From Gemmatimonadota bacterium (lineage in GTDB: Bacteria > Gemmatimonadota > Gemmatimonadetes > Palauibacterales > Palauibacteraceae), in the NCBI GenBank assembly GCA_048060725.1, contig JBGMQU010000003.1, positions 527 through 64,526 of the forward strand: DNA of 64,000 nucleotides. Direction: 5' to 3'. Position 1 is the first letter of the stretch; every line of letters starts with the position of its first letter. The notes beneath the pieces are model-generated. The model saw only the letters and a program-made list of their open reading frames with translations. It did not search any database and was not told the DNA's origin. Positions 1 to 8,850 of this stretch are shown in pieces. A program made the position numbers and the translations under genes.

Positions 1-463
1 GCAGGGTTCGAATCCAATTCCGGGGGGCGAGAGAGAGGGCGACGTCGCGGCCGTCACGAATCACGTGTATGAACCGCGCCTTCGGCAGGTCGCGCGCGAT
101 CCGCCCCAGGAAGAGGGCATGCGCGGGAGTCGTTTCTGTCCACCCGGGTCGGCCCTGTGCCTCTGCGGTAGCCCGCATGACGATCTCGAGAAAAGCCCCG
201 GGGGTGACCCCGTTTTCGAGGAGTGGCGTGAGAAGTTGATCGGCCGGAACTCCGGTCCGACGATGGTATTCGCTCGCCAGCCAAGCCTCCGCGAGCCTTC
301 GACGAGCCCGCGGCCGCCGCGGGGAGCCGTAGCGCGCAACGAAGAGATCGTAGAGGTGGGTTTCCGCTCGATAGTTCGCGAAACAACCGCTGGACATCAA
401 GAGATGACCCAGCCACGTCGTTCCCGAACGGGGACAGCCCACCACAAAGACGGGGTTAGTCAC
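1..463 (-). CDS. Sulfotransferase family protein (partial; 3' end lies beyond the left window edge)
   Basis: This frame is missing from the ORF track because it has no stop inside the window. Hand translation of the minus strand from GTG at 463 gives VTNPVFVVGCPRSGTTWLGHLL...ARFIHVIRDGRDVALSLAPRNW. PRSGTT matches the 5'-phosphosulfate-binding loop of PAPS-dependent sulfotransferases, and RDGRDVxxS matches the 3'-phosphate-binding motif. An AGAGGA Shine-Dalgarno-like sequence lies just upstream of the GTG. Confidence 0.8.
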   Translation of the reverse strand, partial: MTNPVFVVGCPRSGTTWLGHLLMSSGCFANYRAETHLYDLFVARYGSPRRPRARRRLAEAWLASEYHRRTGVPADQLLTPLLENGVTPGAFLEIVMRATAEAQGRPGWTETTPAHALFLGRIARDLPKARFIHVIRDGRDVALSLAPRNWIRTL

Positions 464-855
464 GGATCCTCTGTTCCGGGCCCAATTGTTGCCATGCTCC
501 CACACTTGTGCGGTAACTGTCCAGCACGAAGAACGGGGCTCGAATGCGTCGGTTCGACGGCGCCCCGTATTCCAGGCGAACACGGGGCGGGGCCGCCAGA
601 CAACCTGCAGTATCGCGCGGCAAGGAACGTGCTTGGTGACTATGTTGCGTGGCACGATCGGTGTGCCGGGCGAGGATTGGGAGTGGGTTAGAGACGGGGC
701 GGGAAGCGTTGATCGCAAAAGCCGATAGTCCAGAGCCTCCGGTAGGCGCTTTGCGAGCGACGGGGACGGGTGTCTCAGGAGTCATGGGACGACCCTGGTC
801 CCGGCGTCGTCCCCAACGGCTTCCGCCTCAAGCCGTCCCCTCGGGCTCGCCCTTG

Positions 856-2199
856 ATGGCTCGGCTCCACCGCCTCGAGTTCGGCGCCTACTGGCGGTTT
901 TTTCTAAAGCAGCCCCCATCGTTCTGGCTCATTTCGTTCTATCTGCTCTTCGAGTACGTGCGGCCGCAGAGCATCTATCCTTCGCTCGACGTGCTTCCTT
1001 GGTCTCAAACATTCCTGATCGGGTGCGCGGCGGCGGTCCTCGCCGAAGGGAGGCTGTTCAAGTCGTTCGACAGTTCCGACGCCTGGCTGGTGGTATTCAC
1101 GGCCGTTCTGATCGCCTCCAGCTTCACGGCCTACTTTCCCGACGAATCGTTTGCGGAACTGCAGTCCTACCTCAACTGGGTCTTGATTTTCGTGTTGATC
1201 ACCCGGTCTGTGGACAGCGAGGGGAAGTTCTTCTTCTTCTATTTTCTGTTTCTACTGTTTAGCCTGAAGATGTCCCAGCACGCCAGTCGCTCCTGGTTTG
1301 GCGCCGGGCTGCAATTCCGCAGTTGGGGGGCGACAGGTGCCCCGGGGTTCTTCCAGAATTCGGGCGAGATGGCAATCCAGATGACCATCTTCCTCCCGCT
1401 CTCCATCTACTTCGCCCAGGCATTGAAGCCCCATCTGTCGGGTCTCACGAAGAAGTGGAAGTACTGGATGGTTCTGGCGGTCCCGTTGTCCGCAGTTTTC
1501 GCGCTCCTCGCATCCTCCTCGCGTGGCGGCCAGCTGGGCGGGCTGGCCGTGGGAGCCTGGATGTTGTTCAGGAGCAAGGCGCGGGTCCGCGGTTTCCTTG
1601 CGGCGATCTTCATTGCCGGTGCGGTGTTTCTGCTTCTCCCGGAGGAGCAGCGCGCACGGTTTGAAGAGATGGGGAGCGACGAGACGTCTGAAACGCGTAT
1701 CTACCACTGGAAAAACGGAATCAAGATCGCCAACGCCCACCCGGTCCTCGGCGTCGGTTATGCTAACTGGCTTCCCTACTACTACAAGGTTGGCTACACC
1801 ACGGGTCGGGGCAGTCAACTCTCGCACAACATCTTTATCCAGGCCGGAGCGGAGCTGGGATACGCGGGGCTTGCAGCATTCCTGACGTTAATCTTCATGA
1901 CGTTCCGGATGAATGCTCATACGAGGCGGCGCGTCGGTCAACTGCCCGACGGTAGGACCCTGTATCTCATGGCGCTCGGGCTTGACGCCGGGCTCGTGGG
2001 GTTCCTCGTGAGCGGCTCGTTCGTAACCGTGCTCTACTATCCGTACTTCTGGATCAACTATGCGATGACGGCCGCGCTCTACAAGGTTGTGCGCGGACGG
2101 TCGCGCGGAACCCGGGGGGGTGCCCGGTCGGTCCCCCGCGGGACGAGGCCCGTCGGATCGCGCGCCTCCCGCCAGATCGCCGACGCGCCCTCCGGATAG
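856..2199 (+). CDS. O-antigen ligase/polymerase family membrane protein (Wzy_C-type)
   Basis: The protein is polytopic and hydrophobic. SSSRGGQLGGLAVGAWMLF and HNIFIQAGAELGYAGLAAFL resemble the Wzy_C/O-antigen ligase domain. The start is uncertain: the track ORF starts at 649, and I chose the ATG at 856 (MARLHRLEFGAYW) just before the first TM segment. The C-terminal tail is R/G-rich. Confidence 0.75.
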   Translation: MARLHRLEFGAYWRFFLKQPPSFWLISFYLLFEYVRPQSIYPSLDVLPWSQTFLIGCAAAVLAEGRLFKSFDSSDAWLVVFTAVLIASSFTAYFPDESFAELQSYLNWVLIFVLITRSVDSEGKFFFFYFLFLLFSLKMSQHASRSWFGAGLQFRSWGATGAPGFFQNSGEMAIQMTIFLPLSIYFAQALKPHLSGLTKKWKYWMVLAVPLSAVFALLASSSRGGQLGGLAVGAWMLFRSKARVRGFLAAIFIAGAVFLLLPEEQRARFEEMGSDETSETRIYHWKNGIKIANAHPVLGVGYANWLPYYYKVGYTTGRGSQLSHNIFIQAGAELGYAGLAAFLTLIFMTFRMNAHTRRRVGQLPDGRTLYLMALGLDAGLVGFLVSGSFVTVLYYPYFWINYAMTAALYKVVRGRSRGTRGGARSVPRGTRPVGSRASRQIADAPSG

Positions 2200-2205
2200 A
2201 CGTCC

Positions 2206-3339
2206 TTGAGACCGACGCCGGTCCTCCACGTCATCGATACCGGCGGTCCCGGCGGCGCCGAGACCGTCTACCTGGATCTCCTTTGCGGGCTCCACCGAGA
2301 TCGTTGGGAGCCGATTGCGGTCGTTCCCGAGCGCGATTGGCTCTGGGAGGCTCTCGAGAACAGAGGGATCGAGCCGGTGCTCCTCAGGGGAACGCGATCC
2401 TTCGATTTCGCCTACCTGTCGAGACTACGTTCTCTGGCACGTTCGCGCCGCGTGGCCCTGCTCCAGACACACCTGCTGGGCTCCGCGGTCTACGGCGCGG
2501 CGGTGGGGCGACTGCTTCGGATACCGCAGGTATCCACGTTCCACGGAACGGTCGATATTTCGGCGTCCGACCGCCACCTGCGGGCGAAGCTGTGGATCCT
2601 GGATCGTGCGTCGACGCGACTGGTCTTCGTATCGCAGTCGCTCCAGCGGCACTTTGAAACGATCTCGGGTCACGGCCCTGCGGCCGCCCGGGTGATCCAC
2701 AACGGCATCGATCTCGAGACGTTCCGGCCCGGGTCGGAGCCGGAGCTGAGGGCAGACTTCGGGGTGGGCCAGGAGGAGATCCTGCTCGGGGCGATCGGCA
2801 ACGTTCGACCTGCGAAGGACTACCCGACGCTGCTGCGGGCGCTCGCCGAACTGGCGAAACGCGGCATCCACCCCCGCTGTATAATCGTCGGCCAGCCTTC
2901 CGGGTCTCTGGGCGGTGATCTGCTCGCCCTTCGCGCGGCACTCGGGCTCGAAAAAACCGTCGAATTCATCGGTTTCAGATCCGACATCGACCGGGTACTG
3001 CAGGCGCTCGATGCTCTCGTGATCAGCTCATCCTCGGAGGGGTTCTCGCTCACGGCCGTCCAGGCCCTGGCGACCGGTACGCCGGTCGTATCGACGCGGT
3101 GCGGGGGGCCCGAGGAGATTCTGGAGCACGACGTCACGGGCGTGCTCGTACCGGCCGGGTCTCCCTCTGCGCTCGCCGACGGGATCGAGCGGATTTGCTC
3201 GGATCGGGCGCTTCGGGCCCGACTCTCATCCGGCGGGCGCAGGGTGGCGGAGTCGCGGTTCTCCCTCCACATGATGATCGAGGGATACGAACGTCTTTAC
3301 CACGAGTTGTCCGAGGGTCGAAGGGGGGCGCGCGCATGA
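2206..3339 (+). CDS. Glycosyltransferase family 4 (GT-B)
   Basis: The N-terminus VLHVIDTGGPGGAETV and the C-terminal SSSEGFSLTAVQALATGTPVVSTRCGGPEEIL (E-x7-E region) are typical of GT4 enzymes. Confidence 0.85.
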   Translation: MRPTPVLHVIDTGGPGGAETVYLDLLCGLHRDRWEPIAVVPERDWLWEALENRGIEPVLLRGTRSFDFAYLSRLRSLARSRRVALLQTHLLGSAVYGAAVGRLLRIPQVSTFHGTVDISASDRHLRAKLWILDRASTRLVFVSQSLQRHFETISGHGPAAARVIHNGIDLETFRPGSEPELRADFGVGQEEILLGAIGNVRPAKDYPTLLRALAELAKRGIHPRCIIVGQPSGSLGGDLLALRAALGLEKTVEFIGFRSDIDRVLQALDALVISSSSEGFSLTAVQALATGTPVVSTRCGGPEEILEHDVTGVLVPAGSPSALADGIERICSDRALRARLSSGGRRVAESRFSLHMMIEGYERLYHELSEGRRGARA

Positions 3340-4541
3340 GTCCGTCTGTGCTGATCACCTGCGGTGAGCAGCGCTCGGCGCTCTCGATCGTCAGGTCGCT
3401 GGGGCGCGCGGGCTTCCGAGTACGCGTGTGCTCGTCGCGGGCGCCTTCCCTCGCCGGGGCCTCACGGTTCGCAGATGAGGAGCACGTCGTTCCGGACCCC
3501 GTAATCCGACCCGAGGCGTTTGCCGTCGCCCTCACGGGACTGATCGAGAAGTTGCGGCCTGACCTCGTGATCCCGGTTACGGAGGCGGCCCTGTTGGCTT
3601 CGCTGAGTATCGAGACCGGCCGGTCCGGGACGAAATTCCCGTTCCCGGATCTCGAACGCTTCGCCGCGGTTTGTGACAAGACCCGCGTGTTCGAGGCCGC
3701 ACGCGCCGAGGGCATTTCCGTGCCGCGCGAGGTGGTGCTGAACCGTCGTTCGGACCTGGCCGGTGCCTTCGTCGACATCTCCTTCCCGGTGGTGATCAAA
3801 CCGGCGCGTTCCGTCTCGGGCAACTCGGTCGAACGCAGCAAGCATGTGGTACTCCACGCGACCGATTCCGCGGCCCTGTCGGCAGCAGTCGATCTGCTTC
3901 CAGATGAAGCGTTCCCGGTGCATGTTCAGCAGCGGATCGTCGGTCCGGGGATCGGCGTGTTTCTGTTGCGCTGGGAGGGTAGGACGCTCGCGGAGTTCGC
4001 TCACCGTCGGATTCGGGAGAAACCGCCCTCCGGTGGGGTCAGCGTGCTTTGCGAAAGCGTGGAGGTTGATCCCGATCTGCTGGACGCCTCGCTGCGTCTG
4101 CTCGCGCGGTTCGAATGGGAGGGGGTCGCGATGGTGGAGTACAAGCGTGACGCCGCCACGGGCCGGGCCTATTTGATGGAGATCAATGGCCGATTCTGGG
4201 GCTCGCTCGAGCTCGCCGTGAAGTCCGGCGTCGACTTTCCGCGGCAGCTGGCCGCCGCCGCGCTCGGGAACGCCGTCGAGCCCATTGGGCGATACCGCGT
4301 GGGCGTACGGAACCGGTGGGTATGGGGAGATGTCGACCACCTCATCATGAGGCTCCGCCGGTCTGCGGCTCAGTTGTCGTTGCCCCACGGAGCACCCGGA
4401 AGGGTGCGCGTCGTGATCGACTTCTTCCTCGCCTTCCTGTGGGCCCGGCCCGAGGTCTTCCAAATTTCCGATCCCGCTCCGGCATGGCGCGAGACCCGGG
4501 ACTGGTTTGCAGCGCTCGGCGGCTCCGGGAGGGGCCCATGA
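3336..4541 (+). CDS. ATP-grasp domain protein
   Basis: The track ORF 3099..4541 carries an R-rich N-terminal extension. The ATG at 3336 overlaps the upstream stop (ATGA). The sequence SPSVLITCGEQRSALSIVRSLGRAGFRVRV...FPVVIKPARS...GVAMVEYK...YLMEINGRFWGS has the pre-ATP-grasp plus ATP-grasp pattern. Confidence 0.75.
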   Translation: MSPSVLITCGEQRSALSIVRSLGRAGFRVRVCSSRAPSLAGASRFADEEHVVPDPVIRPEAFAVALTGLIEKLRPDLVIPVTEAALLASLSIETGRSGTKFPFPDLERFAAVCDKTRVFEAARAEGISVPREVVLNRRSDLAGAFVDISFPVVIKPARSVSGNSVERSKHVVLHATDSAALSAAVDLLPDEAFPVHVQQRIVGPGIGVFLLRWEGRTLAEFAHRRIREKPPSGGVSVLCESVEVDPDLLDASLRLLARFEWEGVAMVEYKRDAATGRAYLMEINGRFWGSLELAVKSGVDFPRQLAAAALGNAVEPIGRYRVGVRNRWVWGDVDHLIMRLRRSAAQLSLPHGAPGRVRVVIDFFLAFLWARPEVFQISDPAPAWRETRDWFAALGGSGRGP

Positions 4542-5164
4542 GATCGGCGGACCGCATGGTGGCGCTCCGTTACCCGGTGCAGCGTGCGTGGGCCCGTTTT
4601 AAGACCCGCTACCTTCTCGATTACACGTTCGTCCACATCAACAAGACCGGTGGAAGCAGCATCGAGCAGGCCCTCGGCATGCCGTTTCAGCACCGTACCG
4701 CTCTCGAGCTTCGGGAGCTGATCGGAGATGCAGCGTGGGATCGGCGATTCTCGTTCGCCTTCGTACGGAACCCCTGGGACAAGGCGGTTTCCCACTATCA
4801 CTACCGGGTGAAGACGGGGCAGATGGGACTCGGCGACACCCCGGTACCGTTCGACGAGTGGGTAATCCGCGCATACGGGGAACACGATCCGGCCTACTAT
4901 GATCAGCCGCGTATGTTCATGCCGCAGTACCAATGGCTGTCGGGTCCTTCAGGCAATTCGATGGTTGACTTCGTGGGTCGATTCGAGCGGCTGCACGACG
5001 ATTTCGCCGAGGTGTGCAGGCGAATCGACGTCGATGCCTCGCTCCCTCATCTCAAGAAATCGAAGCACCGTGACTACAGGGATCTGTATTCGACGGAGTG
5101 TCGGGACGTGATCGCGCGCGTGTTCGAGGGCGACCTCGAGCGGTATGACTACGAGTTCGGATGA
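4538..5164 (+). CDS. Sulfotransferase family 2-like protein
   Basis: The ATG at 4538 overlaps the upstream stop (ATGA). FVHINKTGGSSIEQAL matches the HIPKTGGTS-type motif, and FAFVRNPWDKAVSHYHY matches the FVRNPWDRxxS-type motif of sulfotransferase family 2. Confidence 0.75.
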   Translation: MRSADRMVALRYPVQRAWARFKTRYLLDYTFVHINKTGGSSIEQALGMPFQHRTALELRELIGDAAWDRRFSFAFVRNPWDKAVSHYHYRVKTGQMGLGDTPVPFDEWVIRAYGEHDPAYYDQPRMFMPQYQWLSGPSGNSMVDFVGRFERLHDDFAEVCRRIDVDASLPHLKKSKHRDYRDLYSTECRDVIARVFEGDLERYDYEFG

Positions 5165-6348
5165 GTACGAAACCGCCTCCGACGCTCCTGTGCTCTGCGA
5201 ACTTCCCGGCCGGCGCTGGATATGCGTGGGACTTCATCGAGAGCCTCTATGCGGGCGTCGCCGACCGACTCGCCGAGCGAGGAGTGCGCACATTCGTGGC
5301 GTACCCCGGCATGAAGGAGCCGCCGGGCCCCCTGGAGGGAGCCGCCGCGGAAGCAATCGATCGGGAGTTCCGCGTGGGCCCCGATGGTGGTACGTCCCGG
5401 GCCTGCGCCCTGGTTCGGGAATTGGGAGCCACGGTGCTCTACATGGCCGACCGACCCGCCTGGCACCCTGGATACGCGGCCCTGCGTCGCGCTGGCGTCC
5501 ACAGCATCATCGTGCACGATCACACATCCGGGACGCGTTCTCGCCCGCGAGGTGCCAGGAGAATGCTCAAGCGGATCCGTAGCGGGCTGCCGGGCACGCT
5601 GGCCGATCGTGTGATCGCGGTGAGCGACTTCGTCGCGCGCCGAAAGATAGAGGTCGACCTCGTTCCCGCCGACAGAGTCCTGCGGGTCTGGAATTCCATC
5701 GAAGTGGACGTCGAACCGGGGACGTCCGCCGACGCCGCGGTCGCCGCGGTGCGACAGGAACTGGCGATCGAGACGGCTCGACCGATTGTCCTGGCCGCGT
5801 GCCGTGCCTCGAAACACAAAGGAATCCACCACCTGCTCCGGGCGTTCGACCGTCTTGAACGTGATCCGGAGCGTCCGGAGAATCGCCCCGCGCTCGTCTA
5901 TGCAGGTGACGGGCCCGATTTCGCCGATCTGCGGTCGCTTCGTGAACGTCTTGACTACGGCTCCGACGTCCACCTTCTCGGGTATCGTGCGGACGTGCCA
6001 ACCTTGATCGAGGCGGCCGCCGTGTGTGTCGTGCCGTCGGTCTGGGCTGAAGCGTTCGGCCTCGCGGCGCTGGAACCGATGGCGCTTCGGCGCCCTGTTG
6101 TCGCGTCCGAGGTAGGCGGACTCCCAGAAGTCGTCGTCGACGGCGAGACCGGCGTGCTGGTTCCCCCCGGAGACGAACGGGCGCTGTCGACGGCCCTGGG
6201 GGCCTTACTCGCCGATCCGGGCGCTCGCCATCGGATGGGCGAAGCCGGGCGACGGCGGGTTTTCGAACGGTTCGAGCGCAGAGCCCAACTCGATCGACTG
6301 GCCGAGGTGATCGCTCAGCAGTTTCCCACGGGGGTCCTCGATCCATGA
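5161..6348 (+). CDS. Glycosyltransferase family 4
   Basis: The start overlaps the upstream stop (ATGA). VPSVWAEAFGLAALEPMALRRPVVASEVGGLPEVVVDGETGVLVPPGD is a classic GT4 C-terminal domain. Confidence 0.85.
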   Translation: MSTKPPPTLLCSANFPAGAGYAWDFIESLYAGVADRLAERGVRTFVAYPGMKEPPGPLEGAAAEAIDREFRVGPDGGTSRACALVRELGATVLYMADRPAWHPGYAALRRAGVHSIIVHDHTSGTRSRPRGARRMLKRIRSGLPGTLADRVIAVSDFVARRKIEVDLVPADRVLRVWNSIEVDVEPGTSADAAVAAVRQELAIETARPIVLAACRASKHKGIHHLLRAFDRLERDPERPENRPALVYAGDGPDFADLRSLRERLDYGSDVHLLGYRADVPTLIEAAAVCVVPSVWAEAFGLAALEPMALRRPVVASEVGGLPEVVVDGETGVLVPPGDERALSTALGALLADPGARHRMGEAGRRRVFERFERRAQLDRLAEVIAQQFPTGVLDP

Positions 6349-7256
6349 GCGCACGCTCGTTGATCAAGCGCCTCGCCGAGTCGGCCACGACAACCCTTGG
6401 GGTGGTGCGCGCCTCGGAGCGGGCCAACCGCCACGGAGTCGCGGTGCTGTCCTATCACAACATCGTCCCGGAGGGCGAGGCGTCGATCGGCGATGTCTCG
6501 CTCCATCTCCCGGTTCGAACGTTTCGGGAACATCTGGACTGTCTCCAGGCCCACTACCGGGTCGTGGGGCTCGACCGGCTGGGCGACCCGCATGATGGGA
6601 CAGCGCCTCGGGTGGCGATCACCTTTGACGACGCGTACTGCGGTGCCGTGGTTACGGGGCTGGCCGAGCTGGCCCGTCGGCGCCTCCCCGCCACGGTGTT
6701 CGTATCCGCCGGATTGCTCGATCGCCGCTCGTTCTGGTGGGATCGGCTGTCGGATGAGGAGGGGCGCATTCCCATCGGACGGCGCGATCACGCGCTGTGG
6801 CATCTGGCCGGTGCGGACCAGGCGGTCCGCGAGTGGATGGCGGACGAGGGGATGCGAGAGAGGGAGATTCCCGAACATGCCCTTTCGGCGACACGCGCGG
6901 AGCTGTCGAGTGCTATCGCGGTGTCGGACGTGACGATCGGGGCACACGGGTGGGATCACCTCAATATGGCCGCGCTGTCTGCCGCGCAGCTCGCGCAAGA
7001 ATGTGCGAAGCCGGCCGAGTCGCTACGCGGCGACTGGACTTCATACCGCCCGTGGGTCGCTTACCCTTATGGTTTGTCGTCCGACACCGTCGTCGCTGCC
7101 GCGGCGGATCACTATCGGCTGGGGTTCCGAATCGATGGCGGACTCGCGCGCGTGGAGGAGATCGCGGATCGACCGCTAGCCGTGGCGCGGATCAACGTCC
7201 CTGCGGGGCTCTCTGCGCGCGGGCTTCGACTCCGAGTGTCGGGGTTGCGGACGTGA
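6345..7256 (+). CDS. Polysaccharide deacetylase (NodB/CE4-like)
   Basis: The start overlaps the upstream stop (ATGA). VAVLSYHNIV, VAITFDDAY (TFDD motif) and IGAHGWDH (His motif) fit the CE4 deacetylase pattern. Confidence 0.75.
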   Translation: MSARSLIKRLAESATTTLGVVRASERANRHGVAVLSYHNIVPEGEASIGDVSLHLPVRTFREHLDCLQAHYRVVGLDRLGDPHDGTAPRVAITFDDAYCGAVVTGLAELARRRLPATVFVSAGLLDRRSFWWDRLSDEEGRIPIGRRDHALWHLAGADQAVREWMADEGMREREIPEHALSATRAELSSAIAVSDVTIGAHGWDHLNMAALSAAQLAQECAKPAESLRGDWTSYRPWVAYPYGLSSDTVVAAAADHYRLGFRIDGGLARVEEIADRPLAVARINVPAGLSARGLRLRVSGLRT

Positions 7257-7261
7257 TCCGA

Positions 7262-8731
7262 TCACTGACGCCGGAGACGACCGAGCGCGTGGGCCGGGAA
7301 CGCTCGGACGATCCTGCGCTCATCTTCGCTGAGCACGAGCGCGTAGAGTCCGACCGCGCCCAGCGCCGCGAGGGCTGTCGATACGCCGATGGAGGCCACG
7401 AGCGCTCCGGTCGGCAGGAGGAGCTTGAGGGTGAACGGGACCGCGAGTACGAGGTAGATGAGCGCGATGCGGCGCCAACCGTACTCGAAGCGATGAACAC
7501 GTTGCCCTACGGCGAGCACGATCAGGAATCGCAGCGCATAGGCGATCAGAGTCGCATACGCGGCTCCGTACATCCCGTAGCGAGGGATGAGGGCGAAGTT
7601 GAGAGCGAGCACCATCGCGCCGACGAGGAGCGCCAGGCGACCCATGATCTTCGTCCGCTCCGTGATCAACATGCTGAGGTTCGGGAACGAGACGAGGTGA
7701 TAGAGGATCTGGGCCCCCACCATGATCGGTATGAGGTTGGCTGCCTCGTGGAACCCGGGACGCCGCGCCATGATTCGGATGAGATCTCCCGCGAACAGAG
7801 CGATCACGAGCGCCATGAACCCCAGAACGATGTTGAGATATCTGAACAGCCGACGGATCGTGGCCAGACCATCGGGCCTCCGCGCGACCTCGAAGCGTTG
7901 CGGCCCCCACACGAGTTGAAATGGTCGGAAACCAAACGCGTGCAGGAGCATGGTGAAGCGAAACGCGAGCGAGTACACGCCGACGGCGGCGTCACCCGAG
8001 AAGATCCGAAGAAAATAACGATCGGAGAATACGATCAGGAAGTTGGACAGCGTCCACGGCACGAGGGGGGCACCGAAACGGGCAAGGGCGCGCGCGTTCG
8101 CCCGGACGAACCTGGTCCCGACCTCTCGGAATTGATGGACCAGGAGTCCGGTGGCGAACAGCATCCCCGTGATGAGGCTGGAGTACAACACGCCCAGGAT
8201 TCCCAGATCCTGAAACACGACGAAGTAGACGTTGAGGCCGAGCGCGACGATCAGCCGGACGACGTTGGTCAGCGCGAAGACGCCGGAACGTTGACGCGCT
8301 CGCATATGGAGCAGCGGGATCGATTCGGCCGACTGGAGAAAATAGATCACGAAGAACAGGCGGAAGTACTGGGCGTCGCCGTTCTCGCCGAGCACCACGG
8401 AAGAGAGAACGGGTGCCGCCAGGGCACCGGAGATCGCCAGGACGCCCGTGAAGGCCATCAGCATGAGCGACGCGGTGCTGATCACCCCATTCTTGTCCGC
8501 CTGCGTCTCGGCGTCGGTGTAGAACTTGTACACGGCGCCAGCCACGCCGGCGCTTGCGATCGTACCGAGGAAATCGACGGTGAGGGTCAGGAGTTGGAGC
8601 GTGCCGTAGTCACCCTCGGTGAGGTACGACGTGTAGATGGGCAGCATGATAAAGCCCGCGAGGCGGCCTACGGCGATGCCTGCGCCGTACACCACCGCGT
8701 GTCGTCCGAGCGTGCGTATTTCGCTTGCCAA
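7262..8731 (-). CDS. wzx: Oligosaccharide/polysaccharide flippase (Wzx, MOP superfamily)
   Basis: This 489-aa protein has roughly 12-14 hydrophobic segments. The N-terminus AVVYGAGIAVGRLAGFIMLPIYTSYLTEGDYG is typical of the polysaccharide biosynthesis protein family. Confidence 0.8.
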   Translation of the reverse strand: MASEIRTLGRHAVVYGAGIAVGRLAGFIMLPIYTSYLTEGDYGTLQLLTLTVDFLGTIASAGVAGAVYKFYTDAETQADKNGVISTASLMLMAFTGVLAISGALAAPVLSSVVLGENGDAQYFRLFFVIYFLQSAESIPLLHMRARQRSGVFALTNVVRLIVALGLNVYFVVFQDLGILGVLYSSLITGMLFATGLLVHQFREVGTRFVRANARALARFGAPLVPWTLSNFLIVFSDRYFLRIFSGDAAVGVYSLAFRFTMLLHAFGFRPFQLVWGPQRFEVARRPDGLATIRRLFRYLNIVLGFMALVIALFAGDLIRIMARRPGFHEAANLIPIMVGAQILYHLVSFPNLSMLITERTKIMGRLALLVGAMVLALNFALIPRYGMYGAAYATLIAYALRFLIVLAVGQRVHRFEYGWRRIALIYLVLAVPFTLKLLLPTGALVASIGVSTALAALGAVGLYALVLSEDERRIVRAFPAHALGRLRRQ

Positions 8732-8850
8732 CGGCTCCCTCGTCGCCTAACGGTCCATCTGCCAACGTCTTGCACAGGACGGGATCAAGACCCGTGCCGT
8801 CATGGGGCCAGCCGGAAGATCGCGGACCGGTCGCACTCCGGTCCAGTGTG

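Noticed and set aside
1-30. A GGTTCGAATCC string at the very start of the window resembles a tRNA or tmRNA T-loop.
   Set aside because: The flanking bases cannot form a T-stem: only 2 of 5 pairs form, on either strand. The stretch lies inside the well-supported sulfotransferase reading frame (encoding ...PRNWIRTL).
480-494. A minus-strand TGGCAACAATTGGGC with correct GG-N10-GC spacing lies upstream of the first sulfotransferase gene.
   Set aside because: The implied transcription start would fall inside or after the Shine-Dalgarno sequence, only ~6 nt before the GTG. The -12 box otherwise does not match TTGC.
650-667. A TGGCAC-containing sequence (TGGCACGATCGGTGTGCC) in the spacer between the sulfotransferase and the polymerase gene was considered as a sigma-54 promoter.
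   Set aside because: The -12 GC is mis-spaced by 2 nt relative to GG-N10-GC. What remains is only a 5-bp inverted repeat (GGCAC/GTGCC), which is too weak to call.
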